From positions 1 through 49,883 of the forward strand of contig CAYGSV010000001.1 in the NCBI GenBank assembly GCA_964352635.1: a stretch of DNA of 49,883 nt, written 5' to 3'. The notes under the pieces were generated by a model. It ran no database searches. It saw only the letters and a list, made by a program, of their open reading frames with translations, and was not told where the DNA came from. Position numbers and translations under genes: made by a program. Of the stretch, positions 45,902 to 49,883 are shown piece by piece. Positions within the stretch are counted from its first letter, which is position 1; each line of letters begins with the position of its first letter. This DNA comes from an uncultured Algimonas sp. GTDB lineage: Bacteria; Pseudomonadota; Alphaproteobacteria; Caulobacterales; Maricaulaceae.

Positions 45902-47623
45902 TTAGCCCGTAATGAAGAAGTAGTTACCGCACGTCTTCATGAAATAAACGTCTTTGCCATTCAAAGCGCGAATACGGAACGCTTCGAGATCACGGGGATC
46001 GTCTGCATCAATTTCTGAGTATTGATAAGCGTGTTGCGTACCATAACCCAACATACCGCGAGACCCATTCGGAATAGTCGCATTGCTACACGCCGAAGCC
46101 GGGACCTCACTAAATCCGCCATAGCCCATTTCACGCGCAACATAATCGAGATAATTCGCATCATAAGAGGATACGGCATAACGATTAGAGAGCTTTCCGC
46201 AGAAGCCTTCTGGCGTCAGAGAATGACTATCGCCAAATTGAGGATTTGAACCCAAACGTTTCACCAAGACAGCCGTTTCGCCTGTACCTGGTGAGAAAAT
46301 TGTCCGAAGCCCTGTTGCCGCGACAGCCGCACGAAGAGGTTCAACACGAACAGGCTCAGGGGCGGGCGGCGGTGTCATTTCTGTCACAGTACGCTCTGGC
46401 TCAGGTTCAGCAGTACACATATCAAGATTTGTCACGCTCGTGCCATCCCAACATGTGAAAGTCTGTACAGGACAGGCCGCTTGATTAGCCGCGAGGCTGT
46501 TATCCCAACAGGTCACACTGGTTGGACAGGCGGCTTTGTTTTCTGCTTCACTGCCGTCCCAACACGCGACGAGTTTAGGCGCAGGAGGCGGTGCAACAAC
46601 AGCCGCTTCTTTCGGGCCTGAACAGGCTTTAAATAAGAAGAAAAGCGCTAATAACGCCAAGAGACCCAGTAAGACCCAACGGAGCCATCCCCAAATACCA
46701 GCCCCTTCAGGTTCGGCATAAACAACGGGTTCAGGCTCTGCGACAGGTTTCGCCGCAGCAACTGGCGCAGCTGCCATGGCTGCAGCGGCAAGAGGCGCGG
46801 CCGCAATAGCGGCAACAGGCGCAACACGTTTCCGCGTGCCCATTAGGTAGGCAGCACCGGCAGCCGCCGCAGCCGCTGATCCATACCAGACAGAACGAGC
46901 GATTTCTTTGCCATTACCGGCTTTAAGTTTGAAATCATATTTTCCGTTCTTCAACGGCCCACGGTATTGATAACGATTTTCGAGTTTGATATTCTTTTCT
47001 ACAGACGCAATGCCCGTATCGCGCGCGGCGGTTGTTGGATAACCTTCGGAGATAAGGGCAATTTTATCATTTTCAAAATAGGCAAAATAATGAAGCCCGT
47101 CATCGCCAATGAAGCTTTCAATGCCTTCTTCGCGCCCCTTTGTTTGGCGCTCATAAAACGCTAAAGGCTTATAATTATCCTCATCATTCTTTTTCCGTGG
47201 TGTAGCGACAGCTACAACTGGCGCAGCTTTCTTAGGAGCCGGGGCCTTCTTAGGTTTAGCCTTCACAGAACCATTCATACGGCCCGCCACAAACTCGGCT
47301 TTTTTTGCAGATGAAAAATCAGGGCTAACAGCCACTTCTTGCTTGTTCCCTGCTAATAAAGAAAAACCGTATTTCTTACCCTTGCGTGTATCAAAGACAT
47401 AGCGTTCTTTGAGTTTGGAGTTTTTCTTAACGGACTCAATACCGTTATCACGGCCGCTCGGAGCTTTATAAGACTGGCTGATGAGGGCGATGTCCCCATC
47501 GACGTAGCGACAGAAATAATACGCTCCATCGACGTCAAATTTTGAAAATCCTGATTGTTTCGCTTTTGTATGCTTTTTGTAAAAAGCAATTGGTTGGTAG
47601 TCGTCTAAGTTACGATCGGCCAT
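45902..47623 (-). CDS. Membrane protein with tandem YegP/DUF1508 modules, one TM helix, Cys repeats and unknown C-terminal domain
   Basis: Two copies of SxxY....RDxGIxSVxKN...RY...NGKYxFxLKAGNxxEIAxS; TM WLRWVLLGLLALLALFFLF; start 47623 behind GGAGG. Confidence 0.8.
   Translation of the reverse strand: MADRNLDDYQPIAFYKKHTKAKQSGFSKFDVDGAYYFCRYVDGDIALISQSYKAPSGRDNGIESVKKNSKLKERYVFDTRKGKKYGFSLLAGNKQEVAVSPDFSSAKKAEFVAGRMNGSVKAKPKKAPAPKKAAPVVAVATPRKKNDEDNYKPLAFYERQTKGREEGIESFIGDDGLHYFAYFENDKIALISEGYPTTAARDTGIASVEKNIKLENRYQYRGPLKNGKYDFKLKAGNGKEIARSVWYGSAAAAAAGAAYLMGTRKRVAPVAAIAAAPLAAAAMAAAPVAAAKPVAEPEPVVYAEPEGAGIWGWLRWVLLGLLALLALFFLFKACSGPKEAAVVAPPPAPKLVACWDGSEAENKAACPTSVTCWDNSLAANQAACPVQTFTCWDGTSVTNLDMCTAEPEPERTVTEMTPPPAPEPVRVEPLRAAVAATGLRTIFSPGTGETAVLVKRLGSNPQFGDSHSLTPEGFCGKLSNRYAVSSYDANYLDYVAREMGYGGFSEVPASACSNATIPNGSRGMLGYGTQHAYQYSEIDADDPRDLEAFRIRALNGKDVYFMKTCGNYFFITG
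46415..46570 (-). repeat. Three 18-19-aa CWD(G/N)S/T...C repeats
   Basis: ACWDGSEAENKAACP / TCWDNSLAANQAACP / TCWDGTSVTNLDMCT. Confidence 0.85.
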
Positions 47624-47709
47624 ATAGTGTCCCTCCACATTAATGTTCCCCGACTCTATGTTAGGGTAAATGAACGTGACCTGTAAACAATTTCTCGTCT
47701 AGGGACGGT

Positions 47710-49014
47710 TTATTGGGATAATTTCCGTCTTAATTGTCGCCAATGCGCGAGTCTTTGAGCAATATTTGCCTCATCCCCGTCTCCTTTTGGCGTGTAAAGC
47801 TCAACGCGCGCTATACCGTCTGGGAAGTAGTCTTGTCCCGAAAACCCCTCAGGCGTATCGGGATCATATTGATATCCCGCTCCATACCCCAAATCTTTCA
47901 TAAGATTTGTAGGCGCATTTAAGATGTGAGCGGGTGGCGCAAGAGAGCCGGTTTCCGCCGCTAATTTCTGTGCGGATTTAAAGGCCGTATAAACAGCATT
48001 AGACTTTGGAGCGGAGGCCAAATGCACAACGGTTTGAGCCAAAGCTAATTCCCCTTCAGGTGTACCGAGCAATTGATAGGCAGACAGTGACGCCATCGCC
48101 GCAGGCAGAGCGGTCGGATCTGCGAGGCCAATATCTTCGCTCGCCATGCGTACAAGGCGCCGTGCGATATAAATCGGATCTTCACCACCACCCAACATAC
48201 GCGCCAGCCAATAAAGTGCGGCATCAGGGTCAGAGCCGCGCACAGATTTATGCAAAGCCGAAATCAGATTATAATGCTGTTCGCCGCCTTTATCATAATG
48301 GGCGCGACGCTTTTGCAGGACTTTGGCAACTATTGCCGCATCCATCGGGTCATGCCCCGCATAACCAAAGAGGATTTCAGCAAGACTGAGAGCATAACGT
48401 CCATCACCATCCGCCATATCAATAAGCGCTTGGCGGCCGTCCTCTTTTAACGGCAAAGACTTTTCTAGGTGGGCTTCCGCACGTTTGAGTAACCCGTCAA
48501 TCGCTGCATGATCTAAACGCTTTAAGACGTAGACCTGCGCCCGAGAAAGCAGAGCCGAATTTAATTCAAAACTAGGATTTTCTGTTGTCGCGCCAATTAA
48601 TGTGATGGTGCCATTTTCGACATAGGGCAAAAATCCATCTTGTTGTGATTTATTAAAACGATGAATTTCATCCACGAACAACAAGGTTCCTCGCCCCGTT
48701 GTGCGACGTGAGGTCGCCGTTTCAAACACTTTGCGAAGGTCAGCCACACCTGAAAAAACAGCAGACAATTGGACAAACTCCATATCCGCGTGATCGGCAA
48801 TGATACGGGCTAATGTCGTTTTCCCGACTCCAGGTGGCCCCCAAAGAATAAGAGAGCTGAGACGTCCACTCGCGAGCATACGCCCCAAGGGTGCATCATC
48901 AGCAAGTAAGTGATCTTGTCCAATCACGTCGCCTAAGGTTTGCGGGCGTAATTGATCAGCCAGCGGTCTCGGCGCTGTGTTCTCTAATCCAGCGGCGGCG
49001 AAAAGATCAGAAAT
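47710..49014 (-). CDS. rarA: Replication-associated recombination protein RarA/MgsA
   Basis: [42 protein letters not shown]; start uncertain (ATT 49014 or ATG 49068). Confidence 0.95.
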   Translation of the reverse strand: MSDLFAAAGLENTAPRPLADQLRPQTLGDVIGQDHLLADDAPLGRMLASGRLSSLILWGPPGVGKTTLARIIADHADMEFVQLSAVFSGVADLRKVFETATSRRTTGRGTLLFVDEIHRFNKSQQDGFLPYVENGTITLIGATTENPSFELNSALLSRAQVYVLKRLDHAAIDGLLKRAEAHLEKSLPLKEDGRQALIDMADGDGRYALSLAEILFGYAGHDPMDAAIVAKVLQKRRAHYDKGGEQHYNLISALHKSVRGSDPDAALYWLARMLGGGEDPIYIARRLVRMASEDIGLADPTALPAAMASLSAYQLLGTPEGELALAQTVVHLASAPKSNAVYTAFKSAQKLAAETGSLAPPAHILNAPTNLMKDLGYGAGYQYDPDTPEGFSGQDYFPDGIARVELYTPKGDGDEANIAQRLAHWRQLRRKLSQ

Positions 49015-49882
49015 CAGCTTGGCTTTCCCGTGGGAGGTAACGCGTAGGCAGAACGCCAATACGCCCATTACGATCTATTGAGAGCTCCCAACCTTCTTCA
49101 ACATTCGTCGTCGACAAAAGACTATCTAATTGACGCGAAGACGTTACGTCCGTGTCATTCAGTGACATGATAAAATCTCCTGGTCGAAGACGATTATAAT
49201 TCGCCGCGCTGCGGCGTTCGACTTTCAACACCATCACGCCTTTAAGATAAGGGTCAAACCCCAATTCTTCGCCTAGAGCGGGGCTCATATTCACAACAGT
49301 CGCCCCATCAAAAGGATGATAACCTTCAAGTTTTCTTTCGTCGCGCAAGGGAGTCTCTTGAGGGATATCTGTTTTGACGGATACGGTGCGCTCCCGCCCT
49401 TCGCGGAAATACACGATATTGGCTTTGTCGCCTTTGCGAAGCGTCGCGAGTTTAAACCGCAGGCCGCTATCATCGTTAATCGGCGTGCCATCGACTGAGA
49501 GAATAACATCGCCTTTTTCTAAACCTGCTCGATCAGCAGGGCCTTTGGGTAGAATCTCATTGATTACGGCACCTTTTGACCTGTCTAGACCAAGCGCGGC
49601 CGCCATCGTCGCATCCACGCCATTGGTACGCGCACCAATCCAAGGGCGTACAATACGACCTTCGGTTAGCGCGCTTTCAACCGCACGGGCGACAAGCTCT
49701 GACGGGATAGCAAAACCAATGCCGTTCGAACCGCCTGAGCGAGAGAAGATGGCCGTGTTTACGCCAACAAGTTCACCCGATAAATCCACCAAAGCTCCTC
49801 CTGAATTACCCGGGTTTACCGCTGCATCCGTCTGGATAAAAGACGAGACATCCGTCACATTCGTCCGACCCAAAGCCGAGAC
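49007..49882 (-). CDS. Do/DegQ-family serine protease (C-terminal part; truncated by window edge)
   Basis: [16 protein letters not shown] catalytic Ser motif followed by two PDZ domains. Confidence 0.94.
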   Translation of the reverse strand, partial: VSALGRTNVTDVSSFIQTDAAVNPGNSGGALVDLSGELVGVNTAIFSRSGGSNGIGFAIPSELVARAVESALTEGRIVRPWIGARTNGVDATMAAALGLDRSKGAVINEILPKGPADRAGLEKGDVILSVDGTPINDDSGLRFKLATLRKGDKANIVYFREGRERTVSVKTDIPQETPLRDERKLEGYHPFDGATVVNMSPALGEELGFDPYLKGVMVLKVERRSAANYNRLRPGDFIMSLNDTDVTSSRQLDSLLSTTNVEEGWELSIDRNGRIGVLPTRYLPRESQADF

Positions 49883-49883
49883 A

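Noticed and set aside
1-49883. CRISPR array, IS element, rRNA
   Set aside because: No regularly spaced direct repeats with spacers, transposase ORF or rRNA-like sequence seen

Overview
Alphaproteobacterial chromosomal window (probably a marine Maricaulales/Hyphomonadales-type organism; taxonomy is inferred from gene content only). 1-27.8 kb: a compact Rhodobacteraceae-style flagellar cluster (fliI, DUF1217, flbT, flaF, two flagellins, flgN/J, fliK, short flgD, two fliL, flgH/A/G/F, motA/B, fliM-like, flgE/K/L/I, fliG/P/N/H/F, motE). Its promoters carry CtrA-like boxes and a repeated palindrome I cannot assign to a known regulator, ACACY-N5-RGTGT. 27.9-30.7 kb: two LuxR-family regulators with no luxI in the window, flanking a PraR-like XRE repressor and a small unknown ORF. 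30.7-37.2 kb: TonB-dependent receptor, a lipoprotein with an internally duplicated domain, and a TPR protein, behind PHO-box-like arrays. 37.3-39.1 kb: two tail-collar proteins and a DUF6916-like protein, all with signal peptides and no phage context, next to tRNA-Leu(GAG). 39.6-49.9 kb: housekeeping genes (lipB, 2x DUF805, Kef antiporter, OsmC, ATP12, RluA, crcB, rarA, degQ-like) plus a membrane protein with tandem YegP domains and Cys repeats. The best leads are the flagellar promoter palindrome with its candidate XRE/LuxR regulators, the exported tail-collar/DUF6916 module, and CsrA-type AGGA-loop hairpins in the flagellin leaders together with a CsrA-like FlbT N-terminus. All calls come from reading the sequence by eye; no searches were run.
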